Assembly (NCBI GenBank): GCA_016199805.1
Contig: JACQGC010000018.1
Coordinates: 5,219 to 69,218 of the forward strand
Direction: 5' to 3'
DNA length: 64,000 nt
Source of the DNA: Candidatus Nomurabacteria bacterium
GTDB lineage: Bacteria > Patescibacteriota > Minisyncoccia > Phycocordibacterales > UBA9973
Below are positions 19,266-27,466 of this stretch, piece by piece. The notes under the pieces were generated by a model. That model worked only from the letters and a program-made list of their open reading frames with translations, did no database searches and was not told the DNA's origin. Every line of letters begins with the position of its first letter. Position 1 is the stretch's first letter. A program made the position numbers and the translations under genes.

Positions 19266-19904
19266 ATGGAAGAAAATAAAGAAAAACAAAATATTTTTAG
19301 CAAACCTTGGGTTCAAAGTCTAACCGCATTTATAGTTATTTTCGGCGTGCTGGCCATATTTTTGTTTTGGCAGGCAAATAGAAACACGATTCTTGTTGAA
19401 AATTCCGACTTGGAAGCGCCTATTATAAATCTGACACCGTCAGCTCCCGGAGTCTTGAATGCGTTATATGTAAAAGAGGGAGATGTCGTGGCGGCCAATG
19501 CGCAGATTGCCTTGGTGGGTTCACAAATCATCTCCACCAAGGTTGCCGGTATCATTGCTAGCGCGCCAAATGTCCTCGGGTCATATTTTTCTCCAGGGCA
19601 AATGGTGGCTTCGCTTGTAAATACCGGAGAAATGAAAGCCGTCGGACAAATAGAAGAAACCAAAGGCTTGAGCGACTTGAAAATCGGACAGCGGGCTACA
19701 TTTATTGTAGATACTTTTCCGGGTAAAACTTATGACGGAATAGTGGACCAAATCAGCCCCGTCTCAAACGACAATGGCATTATCTTTTCCATTTCCGACC
19801 AACGCCCGGTCAAAAAATTTAATATAAAAGTGCGTTTCAATGTGTCCGACTATCCGGAGTTGAAAAGTGGCATGTCTGCAAAAATTACAGTTTATACTAA
19901 ATAA
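19266..19904 (+). CDS. HlyD-family secretion/adaptor protein (lipoyl plus beta-barrel part)
   Basis: TM, then VKEGDVVAANAQIALV, and C-terminal ATFIVDTFPGKTYDGIVDQISPV typical of the HlyD_3 barrel. Confidence 0.75.
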   Translation: MEENKEKQNIFSKPWVQSLTAFIVIFGVLAIFLFWQANRNTILVENSDLEAPIINLTPSAPGVLNALYVKEGDVVAANAQIALVGSQIISTKVAGIIASAPNVLGSYFSPGQMVASLVNTGEMKAVGQIEETKGLSDLKIGQRATFIVDTFPGKTYDGIVDQISPVSNDNGIIFSISDQRPVKKFNIKVRFNVSDYPELKSGMSAKITVYTK

Positions 19905-19905
19905 G

Positions 19906-19990
19906 ATTCCCCTCGTTGAGGGGTGGCGCTTGCGCCGGGGTGGAAATGCATCCACCTCCCCCTAAAGGGTACTCCTCAAGAGGAGAATAA
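19906..19990. repeat. cluster of GC-rich palindromic repeats between the adaptor and MFS genes
   Basis: attcccctcgttgaggggtggcgcttgcgccggggtgga (a copy of the 17612 element), then GGTGGAaatgcaTCCACC, then CTCCTCaaGAGGAG. Confidence 0.6.
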
Positions 19991-20003
19991 AACAACAAAG
20001 AGT

Positions 20004-21491
20004 ATGGAAGAAGAAAATAAGGGTTCAAATTTGCGTTGGTGGATACTTTTGACCGTTATCATCGGGACTTTTTTGGGGCGTCTGGACGAGACCATTGTAA
20101 ACTTAGCCCTCCCAAAAATCATAAACGATTTTGGCATTACTGTTTCCGCGGCGAGTTGGATAGCGACTGCGTATATCTTGGCCAATACCGCTTTTGTTCC
20201 GATATGGGGTAAACTCGGAGACACTATCGGCCGGAAAAAAGTCTATCTTTGGGGTTTTAGTATTTTTATTTTTGGCTCAATTTTGGCGGGGCTATCATGG
20301 AACCTTCCATCTATGATTACTTTTCGTATCATCCAGTCCATCGCTAGCAGTGCGGACTATCCGACGGCTATGGCCATCTTGGCTGTCACCTTCAGACATG
20401 GCAAGGAGCGCGCGCAGGCACTCGGCATCTGGTCTTCTTCTTTCGCCGCGGCGATAGTTTTCGGCCCATTATTGGGAGGGCCACTTATCGACAATTTCGG
20501 CTGGCGCTCTGTTTTTATGATTAATATCCCAATCGGAATTTTGGGAATGTTTATGGCCGTAAGTTTCATAAATGAATCTCGTTCCGAAGTAAAAACCAGA
20601 TTCTTTGACTGGTGGGGTGCCATCACTTTGGGCGGAATGCTTTCCGCTTTGGTTTTGGTTTTGGACCAAGCTTCCATCTGGGGCTGGATGTCATTAAATA
20701 GCTCATTGTGCTATTTGGCCATTTTGGTTCTGCTCGGAGTATTTCTACGGATTGAGCAAAAAGTTCCAGAACCGATTGTGGATTTGAAATTCTTCAAAAT
20801 CCCGGCTTTTGTCAACGTGCTGGTAAACAATTTTATAGTTTTCATGGGTATGATGGGCGGTGTCTTTTTGATACCTATTTTCGCCCAAACTTTTCTCGGG
20901 TTCAACGCGACCCAATCCGGCTACCTATTTATTCCCATGGCAGCATCGTTGATGCTTGCTGCCCCTATCGGCGGGAGACTGATTGGAAAAGTGCAATCTC
21001 GGTTTATAATTTTTGCCAGTACCCTGACCGCCGCTCTCGGCATTTTTCTCTTGACCGGACTTGATCCAAAATCAGGAGCTTTAGCCATCGCCATACCGCT
21101 TTCTATCATGGCCTTTGGTATGGGTTTCGGTATGGCTCAACGCACCAATATTGTGGCCTCTGTGGTGCCGCAAAGCGAGATAGGCATCGCTTCATCCATT
21201 TTAGCATTGGTCCGGAACATAGCCGGCGCATTTGGAATCGCTATTTTTGCCACTATTGTAACCGCTAGAACCAAAACAAATGTTTCAATCATCAACAGTT
21301 TTAGTAGACTAAACAGCCATATACCACTTAATATAAAAACATTCATAGGTTTGATTGAGTTAAAAGCCCAAGTGTCGGCTTATGATTATGTTTTTTTGAC
21401 CGCAGCGCTCATAGTTTTTTTCGGCTCCTTTACCATTTTGTTTCTAAAACTAAAAAGCGAACGCACTGATATCAAAGTGCACGTGGAGTAG
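20004..21491 (+). CDS. MFS drug:H+ antiporter, DHA2/EmrB-like (14-TM type)
   Basis: LTVIIGTFLGRLDETIVNLALPKI..., WGKLGDTIGRKK, about 14 TM segments. The internal ATG at 20004 avoids the upstream repeat cluster. Confidence 0.85.
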   Translation: MEEENKGSNLRWWILLTVIIGTFLGRLDETIVNLALPKIINDFGITVSAASWIATAYILANTAFVPIWGKLGDTIGRKKVYLWGFSIFIFGSILAGLSWNLPSMITFRIIQSIASSADYPTAMAILAVTFRHGKERAQALGIWSSSFAAAIVFGPLLGGPLIDNFGWRSVFMINIPIGILGMFMAVSFINESRSEVKTRFFDWWGAITLGGMLSALVLVLDQASIWGWMSLNSSLCYLAILVLLGVFLRIEQKVPEPIVDLKFFKIPAFVNVLVNNFIVFMGMMGGVFLIPIFAQTFLGFNATQSGYLFIPMAASLMLAAPIGGRLIGKVQSRFIIFASTLTAALGIFLLTGLDPKSGALAIAIPLSIMAFGMGFGMAQRTNIVASVVPQSEIGIASSILALVRNIAGAFGIAIFATIVTARTKTNVSIINSFSRLNSHIPLNIKTFIGLIELKAQVSAYDYVFLTAALIVFFGSFTILFLKLKSERTDIKVHVE

Positions 21492-22112
21492 TTAGTTTTT
21501 TCGCGTTCGCTTTTTATACAGCAAGACTTGGATAAGGTTTACGCCGACACCGAGGGCGAAAACTATCACCCCGGCCTTGAGGAAAAAAGACAGGTTGTTT
21601 TGCCATTCGTTGCCCAAATAGAAACCTGTCATGCCATACATGATGGTATAAGCTATCTCTCCGAACAAGGCAAAAGTAAAAAAAGTTTTGAAAGACACTT
21701 TGGAAATACCAGCCATGATGTTGGTAGCCGGGGAGAGTTCGGTTAGAAACCGGCTGAAAAATATCAGCGAGGGGGCAAAGTCCACGATATAATCTTCAAC
21801 TTCATGAAAAGATTTTGAATGCAAAATATGCCGGAAGAAAACAAATCTGCCCAATACTTTCTCCCCGTATTTTTTTGCCAAAATGTATCCGATTATGTTT
21901 CCGGTCATGCTGCCTAAAAGCGTTATCCCGAGCACCAGGTAAATATTAAAATAGCCCTGAGAAGCAAACCCTCCGGCGGCGGCCAGCACCGTGCTGGCGG
22001 GTATGGGCAGGGCTATGGACGAAAGCAGGGCGACTATAAACAATCCCACGTATTTATAAAGAAGCAAAAAAGAAATTAGGTATTGAAACAAAGGATATAA
22101 AAATGTGGTCAT
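21492..22112 (-). CDS. DedA/VTT-domain membrane protein
   Basis: 206 aa multi-TM with the DedA core (GLFIVALLSSIALPIPASTVLAAAGGFAS..., FSRFLTELSPATNIMAGISKVSF). Confidence 0.8.
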   Translation of the reverse strand: MTTFLYPLFQYLISFLLLYKYVGLFIVALLSSIALPIPASTVLAAAGGFASQGYFNIYLVLGITLLGSMTGNIIGYILAKKYGEKVLGRFVFFRHILHSKSFHEVEDYIVDFAPSLIFFSRFLTELSPATNIMAGISKVSFKTFFTFALFGEIAYTIMYGMTGFYLGNEWQNNLSFFLKAGVIVFALGVGVNLIQVLLYKKRTRKN

Positions 22113-22181
22113 GCTTTAGTGGTCATTGTACCAAATAGAGCCTTTATATTCCAGAGAAAATATGCTAAGTTTAAGTAATAT

Positions 22182-22252
22182 TACGGGATCTGCTAATGGT
22201 AGGCAAACGCTCTCTGAAAGCGTGAATCTTGGTTCGAATCCAAGTCCCGTAG
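22182..22252 (+). tRNA. tRNA-Gln (anticodon CUG)
   Basis: UACGGGA/UCCCGUA acceptor with U1:A72 and G73 as in bacterial tRNA-Gln, anticodon stem ACGCU/AGCGU with loop CUCUGAA, T-arm CUUGG-UUCGAAU-CCAAG. Confidence 0.8.
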
Positions 22253-22253
22253 C
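22236..22253 (+). repeat. 18-bp direct repeat gaatccaagtcccgtagc (left copy, the tRNA-Gln 3' end)
   Basis: Identical 18-mer at 22611-22628; together they bound the GIY-YIG insertion. Confidence 0.8.
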
Positions 22254-22288
22254 ACTTCGGCAAGCTCAGTGTAAACGAAAATATTTAC

Positions 22289-22570
22289 ATGGAAAAACAT
22301 TACGTATACATGCTTCTTTGCGACCAGAAAACTTTTTATATCGGTATTACTTTTGATATTCAGAAAAGGTTAGAAGAACACAAATCCAAGGAATCTTTTT
22401 TTACAAAAAAGTTTTCTGAAGTTAAACTTGTATATTGTGAGAAATATAAAAATAAAAACGAGGCTGCAAAAAGAGAACGACAATTAAAGGGTTGGAGTCG
22501 CAAAAAGAAGCAAATGTTGCTTAATGGAAAAATCGGAATAAACTGCATTGAGCTGGATGAAGTGCTGTAG
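22289..22570 (+). CDS. GIY-YIG nuclease-family protein (YhbQ/UPF0213-like)
   Basis: YVYMLLCDQKTFYIGITFDIQKRLEEH...R: the GIY-X10-YIG core with conserved Arg and Glu. Confidence 0.75.
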   Translation: MEKHYVYMLLCDQKTFYIGITFDIQKRLEEHKSKESFFTKKFSEVKLVYCEKYKNKNEAAKRERQLKGWSRKKKQMLLNGKIGINCIELDEVL

Positions 22571-22610
22571 TATAATTGAGATGAGACGTTTGCCTTGAGC
22601 TTGCCGAAAG

Positions 22611-22628
22611 GAATCCAAGTCCCGTAGC
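22611..22628 (+). repeat. 18-bp direct repeat gaatccaagtcccgtagc (right copy)
   Basis: Exact duplicate of 22236-22253. Confidence 0.8.
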
Positions 22629-22653
22629 CAGCAGCAAACTTAGCATATTTTTT

Positions 22654-23040
22654 GTGGAATTAGAAGCGTTGTGCTATTATGGGGGTATGGGAACAGGAAA
22701 TTTTGGTCACCCTCCCGAGGGTGCGTTTATAATAGACAAGAAAAAGGCGGAATTTAAGAAACTGCTGTCTTCCTTGACTTCTTTGCTGGAAAAACTTTCC
22801 TTTGGACAAAGGCAAAAATTCATTGCCGAAGTCTCCCGTTTGAGCGAACAGCTTTTACATACTGACCCGGAACTCTTATTGGAAGAGGTAAACATTTTAG
22901 CCCAGCTTTATGGGGGCTTGTCCACATCTCTGAAAGGGGAAGCAAACAGAGAGATTATCAGCGCCGCCACGTTTCAGCTCGGAGAGATTTCTGCCGCCGC
23001 GCAAGAACTGCAAAAAATAAAACCGGGTGCAAGAGCTTAA
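22654..23040 (+). CDS. hypothetical protein
   Basis: 128-aa ORF with a GTG start, ending just before a strong terminator; no recognisable domain. Confidence 0.45.
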   Translation: MELEALCYYGGMGTGNFGHPPEGAFIIDKKKAEFKKLLSSLTSLLEKLSFGQRQKFIAEVSRLSEQLLHTDPELLLEEVNILAQLYGGLSTSLKGEANREIISAATFQLGEISAAAQELQKIKPGARA

Positions 23041-23065
23041 TAATAAATAAAAATAAATTAGAATT

Positions 23066-23100
23066 GCCCCGCGTTCAGCTGAACGCGGGGCTGTTTCTTT
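23066..23100 (+). terminator. rho-independent terminator GCCCCGCGUUCAGCUGAACGCGGGGC plus U-tract
   Basis: Perfect 11-bp GC-rich stem followed by TGTTTCTTT. Confidence 0.6.
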
Positions 23101-23104
23101 CTCC

Positions 23105-23132
23105 TTGTCAAAAACCCCCAAAGATGTACTAT
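23105..23132 (+). promoter_or_regulatory. sigma70-like promoter (TTGTCA, 16 nt, TACTAT)
   Basis: -35 at 23105-23110 and -10 at 23127-23132. The predicted start (about 23139) coincides with the first base of the long stem of the downstream structured RNA. Confidence 0.4.
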
Positions 23133-23139
23133 TAAAGCA

Positions 23140-23309
23140 GTCCAGAGGAAGAACGCTTTGAGTTGACCTGGGGTGTGACAGCCCCGGCTGGCGACCCGGG
23201 CTGTCCTCCCGCACGGCCTCGCGCTTCTCCTCTGGACTGAGAATTGTTTTTGTCTTGTCCTATCGTTTTTTACCCGAGCTTCCTTCACTGGCGCTCGGGT
23301 TTGTTTTTT
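23140..23309 (+). ncRNA. candidate small structured RNA (about 170 nt, unclassified; long closing stem, asymmetric internal loop, apical hairpin)
   Basis: GUCCAGAGGAAGAACGC (23140-23156) pairs perfectly with GCGCUUCUCCUCUGGAC (23221-23237). Inner hairpin GACAGCCC/GGGCUGUC. About 62% GC in a 40% GC genome. Own promoter. Ends at terminator ACCCGAGC...GCUCGGGU plus U6 (23272-23309). No ORF. Confidence 0.4.
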
Positions 23310-23676
23310 ATATGGGCTATTGCCATTTCAATTTTTTTATATATACTAAAGTAAATGTAGTTTAGGTTCCTTTGTAAAGGAGTACCACGTGGTAAACATA
23401 CAAACCGTTTTCTGTCCTAACTGCCAACTTAGGACAAACGTTCAATTCCCCAATTGCGTACATTGCGGGAAGAGTCTTGTTGTTTCGACCAAACAAAGCC
23501 AACCCGTCGCCACCGCTGCCCGCCCGCGGCAATGGCCAACGGTAGCCGTTCACTAGGTTCTGCATTTCCGCCGAAAGGCATCGTAAAGGGCAGGCTCGCC
23601 AAGCTTGCCCTTTTTCATTGCTTGCAATGTGCTAAAAAGGAGTATAATTAAATTATTAATAACCTATTAAAAATAT

Positions 23677-23916
23677 ATGAATCAAAACAAAAATTGTGAG
23701 AGTTGTATGATGCCTTTGGCAAAGGACCCTATGGTTAGTGGGAGTGACAAGTATTGCAGTTATTGTTTCCAGGGTGGCCGGTTGGTTTACGAGGGGAATG
23801 ACGTGAATGAATTTAAAAAAGCCAGTTATGAGAAGATGGTAGCAAGCGGCATGAACAAACTGAAAGCCAAATTTTTCGTTTGGATGATTGGCTTCGCGCC
23901 CCGCTGGAAGAAGTAA
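23677..23916 (+). CDS. small zinc-ribbon protein
   Basis: CESC...16...CSYC arrangement in 79 aa. Confidence 0.5.
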   Translation: MNQNKNCESCMMPLAKDPMVSGSDKYCSYCFQGGRLVYEGNDVNEFKKASYEKMVASGMNKLKAKFFVWMIGFAPRWKK

Positions 23917-23938
23917 AATAAGTGGTATACTTAAACAT

Positions 23939-24484
23939 ATGAAAATAGAATCAGAATGGAAAAAAGTACCAAAACCTAGATTAGAAAAGACGTATCCAAA
24001 ATCTCCGGAAGATAGCAAAAAGCTATATGATATGAATGTTGCCTTGCTCAATTATTTGGAGCGTTATTCCGGTGATGCTGATATGCAGTTTATAAAAGAA
24101 GATTTTGAAAGATCCGAAGAATTTGGAGAAAAAATCTCTGTCTTAAAGGACGCATTGTCGGTTTTTGAAAAGGAAACAGTGGATCAAGTCAAGGCAAGTT
24201 GTCGGGCACAAATTGACGAACTCTCTGCCGCTTGGCTCAATAAAAAAAATGGAGAAGAGGTTGTGCGTCTGATAGATATCAGACTAGGTAATATTTCTGG
24301 GGATTTTGGAGTTGATATTAAAAAAGAGGCTGATAATTTCATAGCTATGTTGCGCAAAAAGCCCGAGCTTTGGGCTTTTTGTAATCTTTTGATTGTCGGG
24401 GCTCAAGTAAAAAAAGATTTAACATATTTTAGAAAAGTTACAGAAACAGCTATAGCAAGTAATTCTGGTAATACAGTTCAGTAA
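23939..24484 (+). CDS. hypothetical protein
   Basis: About 180-aa charged, helical ORF. The internal ATG at 23939 was chosen because the longer ORF overlaps the upstream gene. Confidence 0.45.
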   Translation: MKIESEWKKVPKPRLEKTYPKSPEDSKKLYDMNVALLNYLERYSGDADMQFIKEDFERSEEFGEKISVLKDALSVFEKETVDQVKASCRAQIDELSAAWLNKKNGEEVVRLIDIRLGNISGDFGVDIKKEADNFIAMLRKKPELWAFCNLLIVGAQVKKDLTYFRKVTETAIASNSGNTVQ

Positions 24485-24489
24485 AATTT

Positions 24490-24699
24490 ATGTATCTTGT
24501 TTACATTTTGGAATGCGCCGACAAGACTTTGTATGTGGGTTGCACAAACAACCTGGAGAAAAGATTAAATCAGCACAATAATCATAAATCCGGAGCCCAT
24601 TACACCAAAATCCGCCGCCCGGTGGTTTTGAAATATTTTGAGAAATATAGAACTCTAAAAAGGGGACGAGCTCGGGAACGGAAAGAAGTAAAAATTTAA
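24490..24699 (+). CDS. GIY-YIG nuclease-family protein (second copy, YhbQ-like)
   Basis: [30 protein letters not shown]...R. A palindromic hairpin follows at 24702-24724. Confidence 0.75.
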   Translation: MYLVYILECADKTLYVGCTNNLEKRLNQHNNHKSGAHYTKIRRPVVLKYFEKYRTLKRGRARERKEVKI

Positions 24700-24803
24700 A
24701 TTTCGCGAGGACCGTCCTCGCGAAACTCGATTTATATTTGATTGATATCTTTTCCTTTTAGGTATAGAGTGAATTTGAAGCGGAGTTCCGATAAGGGGGA
24801 AAA

Positions 24804-25100
24804 ATGAATAGCCACAGGATCTTGTGCAAATGTGAGTGTGGTAATTACGTACAACCGTTCTCTTTGCGGGTTACAGACCAGAAGTCTTTGATGGTCATCG
24901 GAAAATGCATTGCTTGTGAGTCGCTGGTCAATGTGTTCTTCCCGCTAGATTACCTCGAGGAGTCTTGTCCGGCTCCGGCCCCGACTCTGTTAATTGAGGA
25001 AGGAAAGCCCATGCCGGGGAAACCCTTCCATTTCACGGTGGAAGATGTAAGGATGTTGCGCTCGGGGAAAATTGACCCAGAAGAGGAAGGAGAAGGATGA
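24804..25100 (+). CDS. Cys-rich hypothetical protein (putative zinc finger)
   Basis: CKCECG...CIACES; good Shine-Dalgarno (AAGGGGGAAAAATG); higher local GC. Confidence 0.5.
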   Translation: MNSHRILCKCECGNYVQPFSLRVTDQKSLMVIGKCIACESLVNVFFPLDYLEESCPAPAPTLLIEEGKPMPGKPFHFTVEDVRMLRSGKIDPEEEGEG

Positions 25101-25242
25101 GTCCTCGGGCTTTTCAAGAAGAAGGGTACTAGGGGAGGCGAGCTTCGGCTTACCTCCCCATTTAAATTATAAATTTGCAAAAAATACTACTGCTCTTGTA
25201 ATTTTCTATAAATATGTTACAGTGTTTTTGAAAGGAGCACAT

Positions 25243-25473
25243 ATGCAGAACCGAGTTATTATGGTTTCTTCGGTCAACTTGCCCGACGAAGCCGCACAGC
25301 AGATGAACGACGAAATCAAAAAGTTGGGAGAAGGCTGGAGCGTGGTTGATATCAGCACCAACGTCGAAGTATTTGGTGTTGTTGTGGACGGCATAAACAT
25401 ACCGCCCTTACACCACGCTGTATACGCCATAACCGTCGCGTTACAGAAGCCGGACTTTGAAGAGGTCGACTGA
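25243..25473 (+). CDS. hypothetical small protein
   Basis: 76-aa ORF with Shine-Dalgarno AAAGGAGCACATATG, followed by a terminator. Confidence 0.45.
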   Translation: MQNRVIMVSSVNLPDEAAQQMNDEIKKLGEGWSVVDISTNVEVFGVVVDGINIPPLHHAVYAITVALQKPDFEEVD

Positions 25474-25566
25474 CATATCGTGGCGGCGAGGACTAAAATC
25501 GGTTTCATCGGGTCGGGCGTCCGCAAGGACGTCCGGCCTTTCACTTTAAATTTAATACAAACTTTT

Positions 25567-25606
25567 ACTGGCGGTGCTCCTCGAGGGGGCGACCGCCAGT
25601 TTTTTT
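25567..25606 (+). terminator. rho-independent terminator ACUGGCGGU...ACCGCCAGU plus U7
   Basis: 9-bp stem, GC-rich loop, TTTTTTT. Confidence 0.6.
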
Positions 25607-25617
25607 GACCTTATGAC

Positions 25618-25764
25618 TTTAAAACGGAACCCATTCAGCCAGCTGGTCGTAGGCGACCCAGCCTCCCCAGAAAATTACCACAAGCATTAACAATGCTATC
25701 ACCGCCAACGTTTTCTTGCTCTTTGCCAAGACAACGTTTCCCAAACTCTCCAAGAAATAGGACA
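25618..25764 (-). CDS. small hydrophobic protein (48 aa), not in the ORF track
   Basis: Strong Shine-Dalgarno on the - strand (GGAGGCTCCATG); product MSYFLESLGNVVLAKSKKTLAVIALLMLVVIFWGGWVAYDQLAEWVPF has one TM. Confidence 0.35.
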
Positions 25765-25786
25765 TGGAGCCTCCAAATAATATACT

Positions 25787-26137
25787 ATGCTCAAAAAGAT
25801 TTTAGTCAAATTAAAAAATAGGGAGTATAATAATAGTATGAATTACATACAAAAATATAAGGAATATTTACAAGATAACCCGGAGGGTTATTGGTTCAAG
25901 AGGAAACTTTACGGCTGGGGATGGACGCCGGCCAAATGGGAAGGGTGGATGGTGATTTTTATATTTTTACTTTTGATTTTATTGGTTGCCTGGAGCCTGG
26001 GCTCAAATCCTATGCCGACAGATTGGGATATTGATTTATATTTTACAAAAATTATTTTGCTGGTGGCTCTGCTCATTCTAGTCTGCTACAAAAAAGGCGA
26101 GAAGCCAAAATGGCAGTGGGGCAAGAGAAAAGAGTAA
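25787..26137 (+). CDS. hypothetical membrane protein
   Basis: Trp-rich, one to two TM; alternative start at 25838. Confidence 0.5.
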   Translation: MLKKILVKLKNREYNNSMNYIQKYKEYLQDNPEGYWFKRKLYGWGWTPAKWEGWMVIFIFLLLILLVAWSLGSNPMPTDWDIDLYFTKIILLVALLILVCYKKGEKPKWQWGKRKE

Positions 26138-26150
26138 GAATAAGAAATAA

Positions 26151-26624
26151 ATGGAAAAAGATTACATTTTCAAAACCAATCCGCAAAAGTCGGCCAACAA
26201 GGTCACTATCAATAGTTTTATGATGGGTTCTTTGTTTTTCGTTTTGACTCTCATCATCACCCTCGGCTCAAGCGAATTTTCGCATGCCATAATCTTCCAG
26301 CTGTTCTTGGCAGTGCCCTTGCTTTATGTTTCCAGCTTGGCTTATTCCAAAATCGGCTACTGGAAAGAAACTTATGAGTGGGATGCTTTGGGGTGGTTTA
26401 CAAACACTCTTGGCAACCTGTTTGTCATCAACGCCATCGGCTTGCTCGCGCTAAAATTCAGCTTAGGTTTGTCTCAGATTTACTTTGCTTTGTTCTCTTT
26501 CCTGATGGTCATTTACACCCTTATTAATATCCGGCAAAACAAAAAAATATTTTACGAAAAAATGTTCAAGTTAATTTTTCTCTTGTTGGTCGTGTTCCTC
26601 GGGGGAATTTTGTTTATAATGTAA
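26151..26624 (+). CDS. hypothetical polytopic membrane protein
   Basis: 157 aa, four predicted TM segments. Confidence 0.5.
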   Translation: MEKDYIFKTNPQKSANKVTINSFMMGSLFFVLTLIITLGSSEFSHAIIFQLFLAVPLLYVSSLAYSKIGYWKETYEWDALGWFTNTLGNLFVINAIGLLALKFSLGLSQIYFALFSFLMVIYTLINIRQNKKIFYEKMFKLIFLLLVVFLGGILFIM

Positions 26625-26630
26625 ATATAA

Positions 26631-26684
26631 TTTCGGCCGAGCTTTAATGGACGATTGCGCGGCATGATTTCGCAAAATCAAATG
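26631..26684 (+). repeat. about 45-nt conserved leader element (copy A); second copy at 35801-35850
   Basis: gcTTTAATGGACGATTGCGCGGCATGATTTCGC(a/t)AAATCAAAT is shared. It forms hairpin GCCGNGC...GCGCGGC and contains an ATG opening a short uORF in copy B. Confidence 0.45.
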
Positions 26685-26984
26685 CAAAACATCAAAAAAC
26701 CATTTTTACACGCTTTCGCCGCAGCTTTATATATTGTGTTTATTGTTTTCGCTATAAGCACCATAGGTTCTAAGATACCGCAGGATAAAGCCATTCTTAC
26801 GCCCATGGTTGTCTTGAGTTTATTTGTCTTGTCCGCAGCCGTCATGGGATATTTGTTTGTCTCGCAACCACTTATGCTCTATATGGAGAATAAAAAACAA
26901 GAAGCTATGGCTTTCTTTGGCAAAACCGTGATTATCTTCGCCTGCTTCGTGGCTCTCTTTGTGATTTTACTTTTCATTTTTTAA
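26655..26984 (+). CDS. hypothetical membrane protein
   Basis: 3-TM ORF. The annotated ATG lies inside the repeated leader; the true start may be ATG 26676. Confidence 0.5.
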   Translation: MRGMISQNQMQNIKKPFLHAFAAALYIVFIVFAISTIGSKIPQDKAILTPMVVLSLFVLSAAVMGYLFVSQPLMLYMENKKQEAMAFFGKTVIIFACFVALFVILLFIF

Positions 26985-27019
26985 ACTTTACAAATACGCA
27001 ATAGTGTATAGAATGTTTT

Positions 27020-27313
27020 TTGGGGGTGCAAATGACAAAAGAAAGGGTACCAACGGTTAAGTTCTACCGGGCTACTGGGGCAGATGTTTTCGAGCCGGAA
27101 GACCAGCCCGGAAACTATTTTGTTCCGCGACGCTTGCAGCTTGGCGATGAAATGGCCGCTCTGCGTGTGAAGAAGGATGGGCGGGAGTGGGTTCCGTTTG
27201 AGTGCCTGCCAGACCACGGGGTCCGCCCACCCCTTCGGGCTGAATTGACTTTTTTCCTCCGGCACGAGCCCGGACGGATTGTCGGAAAGATTGCCAGACG
27301 GAGCTTGGCGTGA
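27020..27313 (+). CDS. hypothetical protein encoded in a GC-rich island
   Basis: 97-aa ORF in an about 58% GC segment; no recognisable domain. Confidence 0.4.
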   Translation: MGVQMTKERVPTVKFYRATGADVFEPEDQPGNYFVPRRLQLGDEMAALRVKKDGREWVPFECLPDHGVRPPLRAELTFFLRHEPGRIVGKIARRSLA

Positions 27314-27466
27314 CCCAAGCTTGGCGGGTGGCCGATTCCACCCACAAAAAACACAAGTCGTTAAGATTTCCTATGGAAAAACACTGGCGGCTTTTTATAT
27401 TTTTTCATAATGTATTCATAATTTAATTATATTGTTCTCGTGGACGTTCTACAAAAGGAGAGAAAA

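Larger units (their letters stand above)
22254..22628 (+). mobile_element. about 375-bp insertion carrying a GIY-YIG nuclease gene, integrated at the tRNA-Gln 3' end with duplication of the tRNA terminus
   Basis: 18-bp perfect direct repeats reconstitute the T-loop/acceptor end of tRNA-Gln on both sides. The only cargo is one GIY-YIG ORF. Confidence 0.5.

Noticed and set aside
23330-23650. tmRNA (ssrA) hypothesis, prompted by UUUCGAC and GUUCAAUUCCCC segments
   Set aside because: No acceptor-stem complementarity between the putative 5' and 3' ends, no CCA-proximal T-arm, and no plausible tag reading frame ending in ...LAA. Left as unclassified candidate ncRNA.
22897-23651. ORFs 22897-23214 (-), 23058-23288 (-) and 23454-23651 (+)
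   Set aside because: They fall in the GC-rich hairpin-dense non-coding region. They span terminators and the candidate sRNA, have no Shine-Dalgarno, and their translations are Arg/Pro/Cys-rich, typical of non-coding GC-rich DNA.
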